64,000 bases of DNA, taken from NCBI GenBank assembly GCA_963806225.1, contig CAWDXG010000004.1, positions 576,001 through 640,000 on the forward strand. Direction: 5' to 3'. The notes below the pieces were generated by a model. That model had not been told where the DNA came from and made no database searches. It worked only from the letters and a program-made list of their open reading frames with translations. This stretch comes from an uncultured delta proteobacterium. GTDB taxonomy: Bacteria > Myxococcota_A > Polyangia > Polyangiales > Polyangiaceae. A program made the translations under genes and the position numbers. Positions 1 through 11,738 of this stretch are shown in pieces. Each line of letters opens with the position of its first letter. The first letter of the stretch is position 1.

Positions 1-215
1 AGGAAATGCTCGCGCTGCAGCTGCTTGATGGCCCGGATACGGCCAACCAGCGAAGCGTCGTACCAGGCCATGTTGCGGCCGCTGCGCCGCACGGGCCCAG
101 GCAACAGGCCCTCGCGCAGGTAGTGCTTGATGGTGGCCGCCGGCACGCCGCTGCGCCGCGACAGCGTCGCCATCTTCACCAGCTCGGGGTCGCGCTCTGA
201 CGCTCCGGATTCCAT
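1..215 (-). CDS. MerR-family transcriptional regulator (N-terminal part; runs off the window edge)
   Basis: Not in the ORF track. Manual translation from ATG at 215: MESGASERDPELVKMATLSRRSGVPAATIKHYLREGLLPGPVRRSGRNMAWYDASLVGRIRAIKQLQREHF, a typical MerR HTH (GVxxxTIxxYxxxGLL...Y). Confidence 0.85.
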   Translation of the reverse strand, partial: MESGASERDPELVKMATLSRRSGVPAATIKHYLREGLLPGPVRRSGRNMAWYDASLVGRIRAIKQLQREHF

Positions 216-247
216 AGAAGTAGGAAGTTGAACTTTCTACTTGCTAT
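214..247. promoter_or_regulatory. AT-rich imperfect palindrome over the MerR start; candidate operator
   Basis: ATAG-AAGTAGGAAGTT-G-AACTTTCTACTT-GCTAT. A TTGACG (-35-like) lies at 269-264 on the minus strand. Confidence 0.5.
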
Positions 248-300
248 ACGGGGCCGGCGTTGGCGTCAAGCCCCGAAAGCGGGCCGGCACCCTGTCCCGG

Positions 301-1725
301 CTATTCGAGAAGCACGGCCGCCTGGTACTTCGTCTGGCTCGACGAATAGAACGGCGAGGCCGAGATCTTCACGTAGTAGGTCCCGGCCGAGGGCAGAGCG
401 CTGCTCAGCCAGTTCTCGTGGTACGCGGCGTCGCCGCTGGGCCCGCCCAGACTCGTGGTGCCATCGCTCTGGAACACCTCGACCAGCGTATCGGTCTGCG
501 GGTCGCCGGGCATCGTGATCACGTGCAGGGCCTTGCCCACGTCCGCCGCAGTGGCGGTCACCGCGATCCAGTCCTCGTCGCTCGCCGACGACAGCGACGC
601 ATTCGTCATGACAAAGGGCAGCGAAGCGGCCGTCTGTGCCTGCGCCGACGTGTCGTTCGGCTCGGCCTCGTCGGCGCCCGTCGCCGCAGTGGAGTCCGCG
701 CGCAGCGTCGCCGTGTACCCCGACGCGCCACTGTTGTCCCACACGACAACGTTCAGCTTGGCTGTCGAGTTGGAGGTCAGCACAACATCCTGGCCGAGGC
801 CGAGCAGCTCGCTGAAGTGCCCGCTTTCTGGCATCACGAACACCTGCGGATTGGCCGAGCTGTTCAGCGTCTTTGCGCTCAGCTCGATCAGGTTCAAGCC
901 GGACCCGGGCGGCGTCACGCTGTAGATCTCCGACGCGTACGGGTCCTTCAGGTCCACGCTCTGGTCCTGGCCCAGCGCTAGTGATTTCGGCGTGCGTGCG
1001 GCCACGTCGAGCGCCGACGGATTCGCGAAGTTCTCCCGGCTGCCCCCCGCCGGTCCGCTCAGCACGTCGAGCTTCGTCTTTTCGGCGGGTTGATCCAGGT
1101 CGATCAAGAGCAGCGTATCGACCGCGTACGGCTGGGCCGACTGGAGCTGCGAGGTCACGCCCTGTTCGGTGCTTATTTCCAGGTTCGGATAGCTGATCGG
1201 TGTGAACAGGCCGTCGCCCGTCGTCGTCGCGTCGAAGGGGCGCGCGAAGTCCAGATCCTGCACTTTCGCCAGCAGGATCGAGCCCTGGGTCAGCGTACCC
1301 TGGACCGACACCGCCGTGGCCGGATCGACGCTGAACGCCCCCGTGTAGGTCAGCGTGCTGCCGCCGTCGGTAATCTTCACGTCGCGGGGCCCCGGCGTTG
1401 CGTCGTACGCGACGCTGACATGCGCCACGATTGCCGTCGGGCTCGCGACCTGGATGGAGTCGACGCTCACGCCCGCACCGAAGTCCGCCTGCGCGGCGTC
1501 CGTCCAGCTGGTCGCGAAACCGCTGATGGTGATCGTCGCAGAGCCGCCGAGGAACGCCGAGGAAGGCACGACTGCGCTGACACTCGGATCGCCGCCGGGC
1601 CCGCTAGGCCCCTGCGGCCCGGCGTCGCCCTGTGGCCCCTGCCTGCCGGGGGCACCGTCCGCGCCGGAACATCCCGAAAGCCCGGCTACTACGATCAGCG
1701 CGGCGACAAACCAGATCCTGTCCAT
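301..1725 (-). CDS. Lipoprotein with a collagen-like stretch, an IPT/TIG-like Ig domain and a C-terminal PPC-like domain
   Basis: Start reassigned to MDRIWF at 1725 (GGAGG RBS upstream). Lipobox LSGC, Gly-X-Y repeats GAPGRQGPQGDAGPQGPSG, PSVSAVVPS Ig-like strand, EAEPNDT/DEDW motifs. Confidence 0.75.
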   Translation of the reverse strand: MDRIWFVAALIVVAGLSGCSGADGAPGRQGPQGDAGPQGPSGPGGDPSVSAVVPSSAFLGGSATITISGFATSWTDAAQADFGAGVSVDSIQVASPTAIVAHVSVAYDATPGPRDVKITDGGSTLTYTGAFSVDPATAVSVQGTLTQGSILLAKVQDLDFARPFDATTTGDGLFTPISYPNLEISTEQGVTSQLQSAQPYAVDTLLLIDLDQPAEKTKLDVLSGPAGGSRENFANPSALDVAARTPKSLALGQDQSVDLKDPYASEIYSVTPPGSGLNLIELSAKTLNSSANPQVFVMPESGHFSELLGLGQDVVLTSNSTAKLNVVVWDNSGASGYTATLRADSTAATGADEAEPNDTSAQAQTAASLPFVMTNASLSSASDEDWIAVTATAADVGKALHVITMPGDPQTDTLVEVFQSDGTTSLGGPSGDAAYHENWLSSALPSAGTYYVKISASPFYSSSQTKYQAAVLLE

Positions 1726-1762
1726 GTGTCTCCTCCCTCCGCGAAGGTTCGAGCCGCCACGC

Positions 1763-2467
1763 CTACTGCACGTTGATCTTGGCGCGCATGATCCAGTCCC
1801 CCTTGACCCCGAGCGTGCCGGCCTCGACCCATTGGCCTCCCGTGTAGATCCAGTTCGTCTTCGGGGTGATGCCGTCGGTATCGGAACCGATCGACGGCGG
1901 GCCGCTGTGGGAATTCTGGCACATCGCGATCGCGAAGGGGGTCCCGTTGCGCGCGGGAACGCCGAGGCTGTCGAGCGGGATCTCGCTGAGGACGTCCGAC
2001 GCGCCGGTGATCGTCGCGCCCATGCTGCCGAGTTTGTTGGTGGGTTTGCCGCCGGAGTCGACATCCCACACCGACACGTCGAACTGGACGTTGCCGGCGT
2101 CTCCGCCGCCCACGAGCACCAGGACGCTGCTTACCTGGTAGCCGCAGGCAGCCGGCACGTAGGTCGACGCCCAGCACTCGCCCTGCGCGAAGCCGCCCTG
2201 GAAGGCGACCTGCCCTTTGTGATCGAAGCCGTCGTTCCGCAGCGTCGTGGCCCCTGGCGCACAGCCGCCATCCGCGCCGCCGCTGCCCGCGGTGCCTCCA
2301 GACGCCGTGCCACCGCTGCCCGCGGCGCCGCCGGACGCGTCCGCGTGGGACCCGCCGCTGCCGCCGCCGGCCGGGGCGCCGCTACCGGAGGAGCTGCTGC
2401 AGGCGAGCGGAACGAACGTGAGCAGCGCACCGAGCGCTGCCGCCAGAGCCACGAAGCGGCGAGCCAT
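1763..2467 (-). CDS. Lipoprotein with a Gly-rich linker and a beta-rich C-terminal domain
   Basis: Signal peptide ending PLAC, then a Gly/Ser/Ala linker and a globular domain ending GDWIMRAKI. Confidence 0.7.
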   Translation of the reverse strand: MARRFVALAAALGALLTFVPLACSSSSGSGAPAGGGSGGSHADASGGAAGSGGTASGGTAGSGGADGGCAPGATTLRNDGFDHKGQVAFQGGFAQGECWASTYVPAACGYQVSSVLVLVGGGDAGNVQFDVSVWDVDSGGKPTNKLGSMGATITGASDVLSEIPLDSLGVPARNGTPFAIAMCQNSHSGPPSIGSDTDGITPKTNWIYTGGQWVEAGTLGVKGDWIMRAKINVQ

Positions 2468-2566
2468 GGGCTGGATGGTCGCCGACGCCGCAACGCCGCG
2501 TCAATCCCGGCCGTATGCGGGCCGGCGGGCCGAGGCGACCCGGTTCGTGGAGAGCGGCAGTCGGGC

Positions 2567-3514
2567 CTACTTCACCGTGACCGTGCGCAGGCTCACGATC
2601 ACGAGCGCGTCGTCACCCGGGTAGCGGCCCCAGATGCTCACTTCGAACCGGCCCGGCTGGCGATGGTCGTCGAGCGGCACGTCGATCTTGAAGCTCCGCC
2701 CCGAGACCTGCACGGGCTTCGGCGTCTTGTAGCCCGCCGGGAAGTAGAGCGCGAACGGCTCCGGCACCGTGTAGAGCGACGTCGAGTTGAGCTTCGCCGC
2801 GCTCATCGGCTTCATCGGCGCGATGCGCGCGATGCCGATGCCGCCGAAATCGACCGGCTTGTCCAGCGTACCCGCCACGTGAACGCTCTGGCCGACGTGC
2901 GCGCGCCGGGGCAGCGCCTCGTAGTCCCCGTAGTGGTCGACGAACTCCTGTGACATGCAGGGCTGGTCGATGCCTTCGGGCTTCGCCAACCCGACACCCA
3001 GCTTGTTGTGCGTCGCCTTGAGGATGTTCTTGCGATGCCCGTCGTTGGGCGGCGTCTCGTTGATGAACGCGCGCTCGATCTTCTCGAGGGCGATCGGATC
3101 GAACATCGGCGCCGGATCGAGTTTGCGCTTCTGACCGTCGAAGAAGCACGCTGCGTTCTCCTGCACCATGTCGCTGCCGCCGGCCTCGGTGTAGCGCTGC
3201 TCCGGTACCGAGCCATCGCTGCCCCAGTGCGCCGTGTAGCCGTGCTCCGACATGTCCTCGGCGTGCCGCTGGCCGGCGCGGTTCGCGATGTCGTCGAGCT
3301 CGACGGGATCGAGCCCCTGCGCGGCACGGTCGCGGTTGACGAGCGCGAGCACGTACTTGCGCGCCTCGTCGAGCCCGAGCGGCCCTGCAGGGCGCTCTAC
3401 CGGTTCCGACGCGCCCGGCGAGCTCGAGCCAGCGCCGCCGCGACGGCAACCCGCGCAAAGCAGCGTGAGCAGGAACACCACGACAAGGCCTGGACGCGAG
3501 GCGAGCGGCAACAC
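2567..3514 (-). CDS. CAP/SCP-domain lipoprotein
   Basis: LVNRDRAAQGL, HAEDM, ENAA, GHRKNIL and LGVG CAP motifs; hydrophobic N-terminus ending CAGC. Start is approximate (GTG 3514 or TTG 3511). Confidence 0.8.
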   Translation of the reverse strand: MLPLASRPGLVVVFLLTLLCAGCRRGGAGSSSPGASEPVERPAGPLGLDEARKYVLALVNRDRAAQGLDPVELDDIANRAGQRHAEDMSEHGYTAHWGSDGSVPEQRYTEAGGSDMVQENAACFFDGQKRKLDPAPMFDPIALEKIERAFINETPPNDGHRKNILKATHNKLGVGLAKPEGIDQPCMSQEFVDHYGDYEALPRRAHVGQSVHVAGTLDKPVDFGGIGIARIAPMKPMSAAKLNSTSLYTVPEPFALYFPAGYKTPKPVQVSGRSFKIDVPLDDHRQPGRFEVSIWGRYPGDDALVIVSLRTVTVK

Positions 3515-3637
3515 CTGCCCTATATGCCACAAGCGGTGGACCGCGGCCCAGCGCGGGAAAGCCCGCGCGCCCCGGGTTGTGCCTGGTGCGGGATGCGTTA
3601 CATTCCGCGCCACCCCCCACCGCAAGGACCCACGATC

Positions 3638-4105
3638 ATGCTCGATCTTCCCGATCCCGGCCTGTACCGCACCACCCAGCCCATGCCCGGTCACGAAGAG
3701 ACCTTCCCGGCGGGCGTGCTCGTATATCTCGGGCAGCCGTCCAACGGCGGCGTGAAGTTCGTGGTGCGCCCGGGCCAGAACCGCCGGAATCACTGGTTCT
3801 GGGGAGACCCCACGACTCCGCTGCGCTCGCCTTCCTGGGCCAAGACGCTCAAGGCGCTGCCGTCCGAGGGTTTCTACACCCTACCCAAGACCCTCGAGCT
3901 CGAAGGCGGCGGTCGCTGGCTCAAGAACGCCATCGTCCAGCTCGGCTACAACGAGGCCGGCCAGGGCATCCTGTTCGTTGGCGAGTGGCACGAGGACGAG
4001 GACGAGAACGCCCTGCACTTCAGCGACCACGGCATCATGATCGACGACAGCATGCTCGAACAGCTGCTCTGGGCGCCCATCCTGCCCGTCGACGCATCGT
4101 CGTAG
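3638..4105 (+). CDS. Hypothetical protein (155 aa)
   Basis: AAGGA RBS before ATG 3638; strong GC3 bias; internal pseudo-repeat LPDPGLY / LPSEGFY. Confidence 0.7.
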   Translation: MLDLPDPGLYRTTQPMPGHEETFPAGVLVYLGQPSNGGVKFVVRPGQNRRNHWFWGDPTTPLRSPSWAKTLKALPSEGFYTLPKTLELEGGGRWLKNAIVQLGYNEAGQGILFVGEWHEDEDENALHFSDHGIMIDDSMLEQLLWAPILPVDASS

Positions 4106-4175
4106 TAGCAACGCTGTAGCGCCCTTCGGCGCGAGGGGGGGACCGGACATCGATCCGCCCCTGATGCTGCCGTCG

Positions 4176-4970
4176 CTACGCCGGGCTCTTGGTGCTCGTG
4201 CGCGGCGCGATGCCGTCGCGCGCCTTGATCATCGCCTTCATCAGGTCGCGGTTCATGCGCGCGATGAACGACACGCTGATGCCCTTCGGGCACACCGCTT
4301 CGCACTCGAAGTGGTTCGTGCAATGGCCGAAGCCCTCGGCGTCCATCTGCGCCACCATCTTGCGCACCCGGTCGAGCCGCTCCGGCTGCCCCTGCGGCAG
4401 GAGCCCCAGGTGGCCGACCTTCGCGGCGGTGAACAGGCTCGCCGAAGCGTTCGGGCACGCCGCCACGCAGGCGCCGCAGCCAATGCACGCCGCCGCGTCC
4501 ATCGCCAGGTCCGAGTCGCCCTTCGCGATGGGCACCTCGTTGGCGTCCTGCGCGCTGCCGGTGGACACCGAGATATAGCCACCCGCCGCGACGATGCGGT
4601 CGAACGCGCTGCGGTCGACGATCAGGTCCTTGATCACCGGGAACGCCTTGGAGCGCCAGGGCTCGATGGTGATCTCGTCGCCCTCCTTGAAATTCCGCAT
4701 GTGCAGCTGACACGCGGTCGTCCTCGACTGCGGACCATGCGCGACGCCGTTGATCACCACGCCGCACATGCCGCAGATGCCCTCGCGGCAGTCGTGGTCG
4801 AAGGCGATCGGATCCTCGCCCTTCTCGATCAGGCCCTCGTTCACCACATCGAGCATCTCGAGGAACGACATGTGGCTGTTGATGCCCTTGGCATCGTAGC
4901 GCTTGAAGCCACCCTGATCCTTCGGGCCGGCCTGCCGCCACACGTGCAGCACGAGGTTCATCGTCGCCAT
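4176..4970 (-). CDS. sdhB: Succinate dehydrogenase/fumarate reductase iron-sulfur subunit
   Basis: CREGICGMC [2Fe-2S], [12 protein letters not shown] and [12 protein letters not shown] motifs. Confidence 0.95.
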   Translation of the reverse strand: MATMNLVLHVWRQAGPKDQGGFKRYDAKGINSHMSFLEMLDVVNEGLIEKGEDPIAFDHDCREGICGMCGVVINGVAHGPQSRTTACQLHMRNFKEGDEITIEPWRSKAFPVIKDLIVDRSAFDRIVAAGGYISVSTGSAQDANEVPIAKGDSDLAMDAAACIGCGACVAACPNASASLFTAAKVGHLGLLPQGQPERLDRVRKMVAQMDAEGFGHCTNHFECEAVCPKGISVSFIARMNRDLMKAMIKARDGIAPRTSTKSPA

Positions 4971-4971
4971 T

Positions 4972-6900
<1,929 letters not shown>

Positions 6901-6912
6901 GTCGTGCTCCCG

Positions 6913-7578
6913 CTACCTGACGATCCCGAGCAGAACCGAGATCGGAAAGGAAATGTTGCCCAGGGTGACGACAAGCGCGAACGTCTTGGCGATGCCGCGC
7001 GCCCGGTCGTTGTGCCGCGGGTGGTTCATGCCCAGGGTCTGCAGCAGACTGACTCCTCCGTGGTAGAGGTGGAAGCCCAGCGCCAGGTTGCCCACGATGT
7101 AGATGGCGGCGACCCACGGAATGCTGAAGCCGTTGACCACGTTGGCGTAGACGTTGGTCGCGCTCTCAACGTAGTTGCCCATCGACACGCCAGGGATCGT
7201 GAAGTGCACCAGGTGGTAGACGATGAACAGGAACAGGGTCGGCCCGGTCCAGATCATCGTCTTCGACGCGTAGTTCGCCGCGATGCTCTTCTTCACGCGG
7301 TAGCCCGTGCCACGCGCCGAGAGCGAGCGGTCGTAGAGCTGCACGGTGGTGATGACGTGCAGCACCACACTCAGCGCCAGCACGATGCGCACCGGCCACA
7401 ACAGCTCCGGCAGGCTCTTGAGCGTGTGGGCGTAGTGGTTCAGCTGCACCGGCCCCATGTACAGCTGCATGTTGCCGATCATGTGACCGATCACGAACCC
7501 GAACAGCACGAGCCCGGTGACCGCCATGACGGCCTTCTTGCCGATGGTCGTGTCGTATAGCGTCAGCGCCTTGTCCAT
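6913..7578 (-). CDS. sdhC: Succinate dehydrogenase cytochrome b subunit
   Basis: IGKKAVMAVTG start, about five TM helices with His ligands; first gene of the sdhCAB operon. Confidence 0.9.
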   Translation of the reverse strand: MDKALTLYDTTIGKKAVMAVTGLVLFGFVIGHMIGNMQLYMGPVQLNHYAHTLKSLPELLWPVRIVLALSVVLHVITTVQLYDRSLSARGTGYRVKKSIAANYASKTMIWTGPTLFLFIVYHLVHFTIPGVSMGNYVESATNVYANVVNGFSIPWVAAIYIVGNLALGFHLYHGGVSLLQTLGMNHPRHNDRARGIAKTFALVVTLGNISFPISVLLGIVR

Positions 7579-7842
7579 CTTGTTTCCCTGGGGGCCGGGT
7601 GCCGGGACGGACCGCGACCCGGGTTTCCTCTACTCCATCCGGCGCGTCCTACGCTAGTGCTAGCGCGCGGCCGGATTGACATCCGCCCCATCGGAAGCCG
7701 CTTGGACGGCCTCTCCGGGCACGGATGGCGCGAAATCTGCAGAGCCTCGTGCGCCTTGTCAAACCCCCAGCGCAGGGGTTTCGCTGGGCTGCTGGCGGCC
7801 TAATCATGGGCCCGCCAGCACTTCTTGAGAGAGGGCAACGCC

Positions 7843-9279
7843 ATGGATCTGGTCTTCCTGTCGCGACTGCAGTTCGCGCTGACCATCATGTTCCACTACC
7901 TCTTCCCGCCGCTCTCGATCGGGCTGGGGCTGATCATGGTCATCATCGAGGCCCGCTTCCTCAGGACCGGTGACCCCGCGTACGAGGCCCTGGCGCGCTT
8001 CTGGACGCGGATCTTCGCCGTCAACTTCGCCGTCGGCGTCGCCACAGGCATCGTGATGGAGTTCGAGTTCGGCACCAACTGGGCCACCTACTCGCGCTTC
8101 GTCGGCGACGTGTTCGGCTCCGCGCTCGCCGCCGAGGGCATCTTCGCTTTCTTCCTCGAGTCCGGCTTCCTCGCCGTGCTCGTGTTCGGCTGGGATCGTG
8201 TCTCCCGCCGCACGCACTTCTTCGCCACGCTGATGGTCTTCCTCGGCTCGATGTTCTCGGCCGTGTGGATCGTGATCGCCAACTCGTGGCAACAGACGCC
8301 GGCGGGCTTCCACATCGTCGGGCACGGCGCCGAGGCGCGCGCCGAGATCACGGACTTCTGGGCGATGGTGTTCAATCCGTCCAGCGTGCACCGGCTCGGT
8401 CACGTGCTGCTCGGCAGCTTCATCCAGGGCGCGTTCTTCGTCCTCAGCGTGTGCGCCTGGTACATCCTGAAGAAGCAGCACGAGGACCTCGCGAAGAAGA
8501 GCTTCCGCATCGCGCTCGTAGTTGCCGCCGCCAGCAGCGTCGCCATCCTGGTCTCCGGGCACGAGCAGGCTCGCGCAGTAGCCGTGAACCAGCCCGCCAA
8601 GCTCGCGGCTTTCGAAGGGCACTTCAGGAGCGAGCCCGGCGGCACCGGCATGTACCTGTTCGGCATCCCCGACGTGAAGGCCGAGCGCGTGCGCGACGGC
8701 GTCTCGATACCGGGCATGCTGAGCTACCTGGTCCACGGCAACGCGTCGAAACCCGTGTCGGCGCTCGACCGCTTTCCGGCCGACGAACGTCCTCCCGTCC
8801 AGATCCCGTTCCAGACCTACCACCTGATGGTGGCGCTCGGGATGTTCTTCATCGGCGTCACCCTGCTCGCGCTCTTCCTCTTGTGGAGGAAGCGGCTGTT
8901 TTCGCAGCGCTGGCTGATGTGGGTGTTCGTGGCCGCCGTGCTCGGCCCCATCCTCGCCAACGAGTCGGGCTGGGTCGCCGCGGAAGTCGGGCGGCAGCCG
9001 TGGGTCGTCTACGGTCTGCTTCGCACCAGCGACGCCGTCTCGGCTGTGCTGGTGCCGCAGCAGGTGCTGGCAAGCATCATCATGTTCGGGCTTCTGTATC
9101 TCGCGCTCGGCGTGATCTGGGTGACCGTGCTCCACACCAAGATCCAGCACGGACCGGAACCGGTCGCGGAAGTCACGGAAGCGGGCGACCGCGAGAGCTT
9201 CTTCGATGCCGCGTCGATCCGGCAGGATCACGCACGCGGCTACTCGCTCACCGAGACCGACCACGAGGAGGACAGCTGA
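7843..9279 (+). CDS. cydA: Cytochrome bd ubiquinol oxidase subunit I
   Basis: [35 protein letters not shown] and [12 protein letters not shown] motifs; short Q-loop. Confidence 0.97.
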   Translation: MDLVFLSRLQFALTIMFHYLFPPLSIGLGLIMVIIEARFLRTGDPAYEALARFWTRIFAVNFAVGVATGIVMEFEFGTNWATYSRFVGDVFGSALAAEGIFAFFLESGFLAVLVFGWDRVSRRTHFFATLMVFLGSMFSAVWIVIANSWQQTPAGFHIVGHGAEARAEITDFWAMVFNPSSVHRLGHVLLGSFIQGAFFVLSVCAWYILKKQHEDLAKKSFRIALVVAAASSVAILVSGHEQARAVAVNQPAKLAAFEGHFRSEPGGTGMYLFGIPDVKAERVRDGVSIPGMLSYLVHGNASKPVSALDRFPADERPPVQIPFQTYHLMVALGMFFIGVTLLALFLLWRKRLFSQRWLMWVFVAAVLGPILANESGWVAAEVGRQPWVVYGLLRTSDAVSAVLVPQQVLASIIMFGLLYLALGVIWVTVLHTKIQHGPEPVAEVTEAGDRESFFDAASIRQDHARGYSLTETDHEEDS

Positions 9280-10295
9280 TGGACCTGCACATGCTGTGGT
9301 TCTTCCTGCTCGGTGTGCTGCTCACCGGCTACGCCATCCTCGACGGCTTCGACCTCGGCGTCGGCATGCTGCACCTGATGGTGCGAGGCGACGAGGAACG
9401 CCGCATCGTCATCAACTCGATCGGCCCGCTCTGGGACGGCAACGAGGTGTGGCTGGTCACGTTCGGCGGCGGGCTGTTCGCTGCCTTTCCGGTCGTCTAC
9501 GCCACCGCGCTCAGCGCATTCTATCTGCCGTTCATGGTCCTGCTCGCGTCGCTGATCGGACGCGCCATTTCCATCGAATTCCGCAGCAAGCGCGACTCGC
9601 GGCTGTGGCGCGGCTATTGGGACGTGTCATTCTCGCTGGCCAGCGCGACCGCGGCATTCGTGTTCGGCGTGGCCGTCGGCAACGCCATCAAGGGCATTCC
9701 GATCGGGCCCGATCACGAGTTCGCCGGCCGCCTTTCCGACCTGCTCGGCCCCTACCCGCTGCTGGTCGGCGCGCTCGCCGTCGCCGGCTGCGCCATGCAC
9801 GGCTCCATCTACCTGTACCTGAAGACAGAAGGCGAGCTGCAGCAGCGCATCCATCGCTGGATGTGGCGCACCTTCGGCCTGTTCCTCGTGCTCTACCTGC
9901 TGGTCACGATCTTCACCCTGATCGACGTGCCGCATGCGACCAACAACTTCCAGCGCCTGCCGCTCGGCTGGGTCGTCGTACTGCTGAACGTGCTGGCGAT
10001 CGCCAACATCCCCCGCGCCATCCACCAGGGCCGCCCCGCCTACGCGTTCATCTCCTCGTGCTGCACCATCGCCGCGCTCGTGTTCCTGTTCGGCATGGCG
10101 CTCTACCCGAACCTGCTCGTGTCCGCCGAAAACCCCGACTTCAGCCTCACCATCTACAACGCGGCTTCCAGCGAGCGCACGCTCGGCATCATGCGCACCA
10201 TCGCCTTTATCGGCATGCCGTTCGTCGCGACCTACACGGCCATCGTCTACTGGGTCTTCCGCGGCAAGACCCGCCTCGACAAATCCAGCTACTGA
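9279..10295 (+). CDS. cydB: Cytochrome bd ubiquinol oxidase subunit II
   Basis: LDGFDLGVG and IGPLWDGNEVWL motifs; TGATG coupling to cydA at 9277-9281. Confidence 0.97.
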   Translation: MDLHMLWFFLLGVLLTGYAILDGFDLGVGMLHLMVRGDEERRIVINSIGPLWDGNEVWLVTFGGGLFAAFPVVYATALSAFYLPFMVLLASLIGRAISIEFRSKRDSRLWRGYWDVSFSLASATAAFVFGVAVGNAIKGIPIGPDHEFAGRLSDLLGPYPLLVGALAVAGCAMHGSIYLYLKTEGELQQRIHRWMWRTFGLFLVLYLLVTIFTLIDVPHATNNFQRLPLGWVVVLLNVLAIANIPRAIHQGRPAYAFISSCCTIAALVFLFGMALYPNLLVSAENPDFSLTIYNAASSERTLGIMRTIAFIGMPFVATYTAIVYWVFRGKTRLDKSSY

Positions 10296-10307
10296 CAAAC
10301 GCGAAAA

Positions 10308-10338
10308 CCGCCGCGCAGCACCAGGCCGCACGGCGGTC
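10308..10338. terminator. GC hairpin between the convergent cydB and sodB genes
   Basis: ACCGCCG...CGGCGGT arms preceded by AAAA (a U-tract on the minus strand). Confidence 0.4.
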
Positions 10339-10354
10339 GTCGGGGTAGCAGGAG

Positions 10355-10945
10355 CTACTTGGCGGCCTTGAGGTTCTTCGCGACGTTGTCCCAGTTGATG
10401 AGCTTGTCGGTGAAGACCTCGAGGAACTTGGCGCGGGCGTTGCGGTGGTCGAGGTAGTAGGCGTGCTCCCACACGTCGGTGGTGAGCAGCGGGGTGGCCG
10501 GCGTGGTGAGCGGCGTCTCGGCGTTGGGCGTCGTCAGGATCTTGCCCTTGCCGCCGTCGAGCACCAGCCACACGTAGCCCGACCCGAAGCGACCCGCGCC
10601 GTCCTTGTGCCACTGGGCGCGGAACTGATCCCAGCCGCCGAAGTCGCGGTTGATCAGATCGGCCACGTCGCCGGCCGGAGGAGCGCCGCCGCCACCGGCC
10701 TTCATCCCCTCCCAGAAGAACGTGTGGTTCCACACCTGCGCAGCGTTGTTGAACACTCCGCCGGAGCTGGACTTGATGACCTCTTCGAGGGTCTTCTGTG
10801 CCTCGGGCTTGCCCTCGAGAGCAGCCTTCAGCTTGTTCATGTAGCCCTTGTGGTGCTTCTCGTAGTGGAACTCGAGCGTCTCCTGCGACATCGCAGGGGC
10901 GAGGGCATCCTTGGAGTACGGAAGCGGCGGTACCTCGAATTTCAT
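10355..10945 (-). CDS. sodB: Superoxide dismutase, Fe-type signature
   Basis: LPY..DAL.P, HYEKHH, FNNAAQVWNH, FGSG, TPNAETP and DVWEHAYY motifs. Start at ATG 10945 with AAGGAG RBS. Confidence 0.93.
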   Translation of the reverse strand: MKFEVPPLPYSKDALAPAMSQETLEFHYEKHHKGYMNKLKAALEGKPEAQKTLEEVIKSSSGGVFNNAAQVWNHTFFWEGMKAGGGGAPPAGDVADLINRDFGGWDQFRAQWHKDGAGRFGSGYVWLVLDGGKGKILTTPNAETPLTTPATPLLTTDVWEHAYYLDHRNARAKFLEVFTDKLINWDNVAKNLKAAK

Positions 10946-11252
10946 CGTTGTGGCTCCTTTTGTCGGCTTTTTCGTCGGGTTCGAGGGGGCGAACCTGGGT
11001 CCGTGCCCCCCCACTGTCAAGCAGGCGCCCCGGGCCGACCCGGCAAAAGCGGCGGGGATCCGGGTGCTTCCGCGCCACGCGGCGCAGCGGGGATAGTCCT
11101 TACGTAACGTTGGGCCAGGACGCAATGCCGGCCGGCCGTTGGGGGGTGTTTTCCGCCGCTCCGCCCCCGGCGACACCTCCAACGGGCCACCCGCCGGCCG
11201 GAGCGCGCGACGCCCTTGTAGCCTTTCACCAGAGCGGGCAGTCTGCGCGCCC

Positions 11253-11738
11253 GTGAGCACGGATCGGACGGCGGAGGGCGAGCCGGACAGCGCGCTGGTT
11301 CCGCTGCGCAAGGAAGACGGCCGCCCGATTGTACACGCGGGTTTCGTGCGCGGACTCCGCGTGGTCGCCGAGGCGGTGTTCGCCACCGCGTCCGGCGCCC
11401 CCCCGGCGGACCGTATGGATTGGCTGGCGCTCGAGCTCGAGGACTTCCTTGCGCGCGCGGGCTCACAGACGCGCCTGACGCTCCGGCTGGCGCTGCTGGC
11501 CATCTCGTTCCTGGCGCCGCTGCTGGTGCTCAGGTTCACGTCGCTTTCCCGCATGCCGGTTGCCGAACGCGCACGCGCCATCGGGCGGCTCGAACACAGC
11601 TCGCTCGGCGCTCCCGTGCTGGCGATCAAGGCGCTGCTCTGCGTCCTGTACTACGAGCATCCCGACGCCGCCGAGGAGATCGGCTTCGACGGACAGTGTC
11701 TCTTGCCGGGCCCGGGGGGACCACAGCATGCCCGGTGA
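11253..11738 (+). CDS. Small partner subunit of the GMC oxidoreductase (gluconate 2-dehydrogenase subunit 3-like)
   Basis: Helical protein ending FTSLSRMPVAER...LYYEHPDAAEEIGFDG; overlaps the GMC start. Start is approximate. Confidence 0.6.
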   Translation: MSTDRTAEGEPDSALVPLRKEDGRPIVHAGFVRGLRVVAEAVFATASGAPPADRMDWLALELEDFLARAGSQTRLTLRLALLAISFLAPLLVLRFTSLSRMPVAERARAIGRLEHSSLGAPVLAIKALLCVLYYEHPDAAEEIGFDGQCLLPGPGGPQHAR

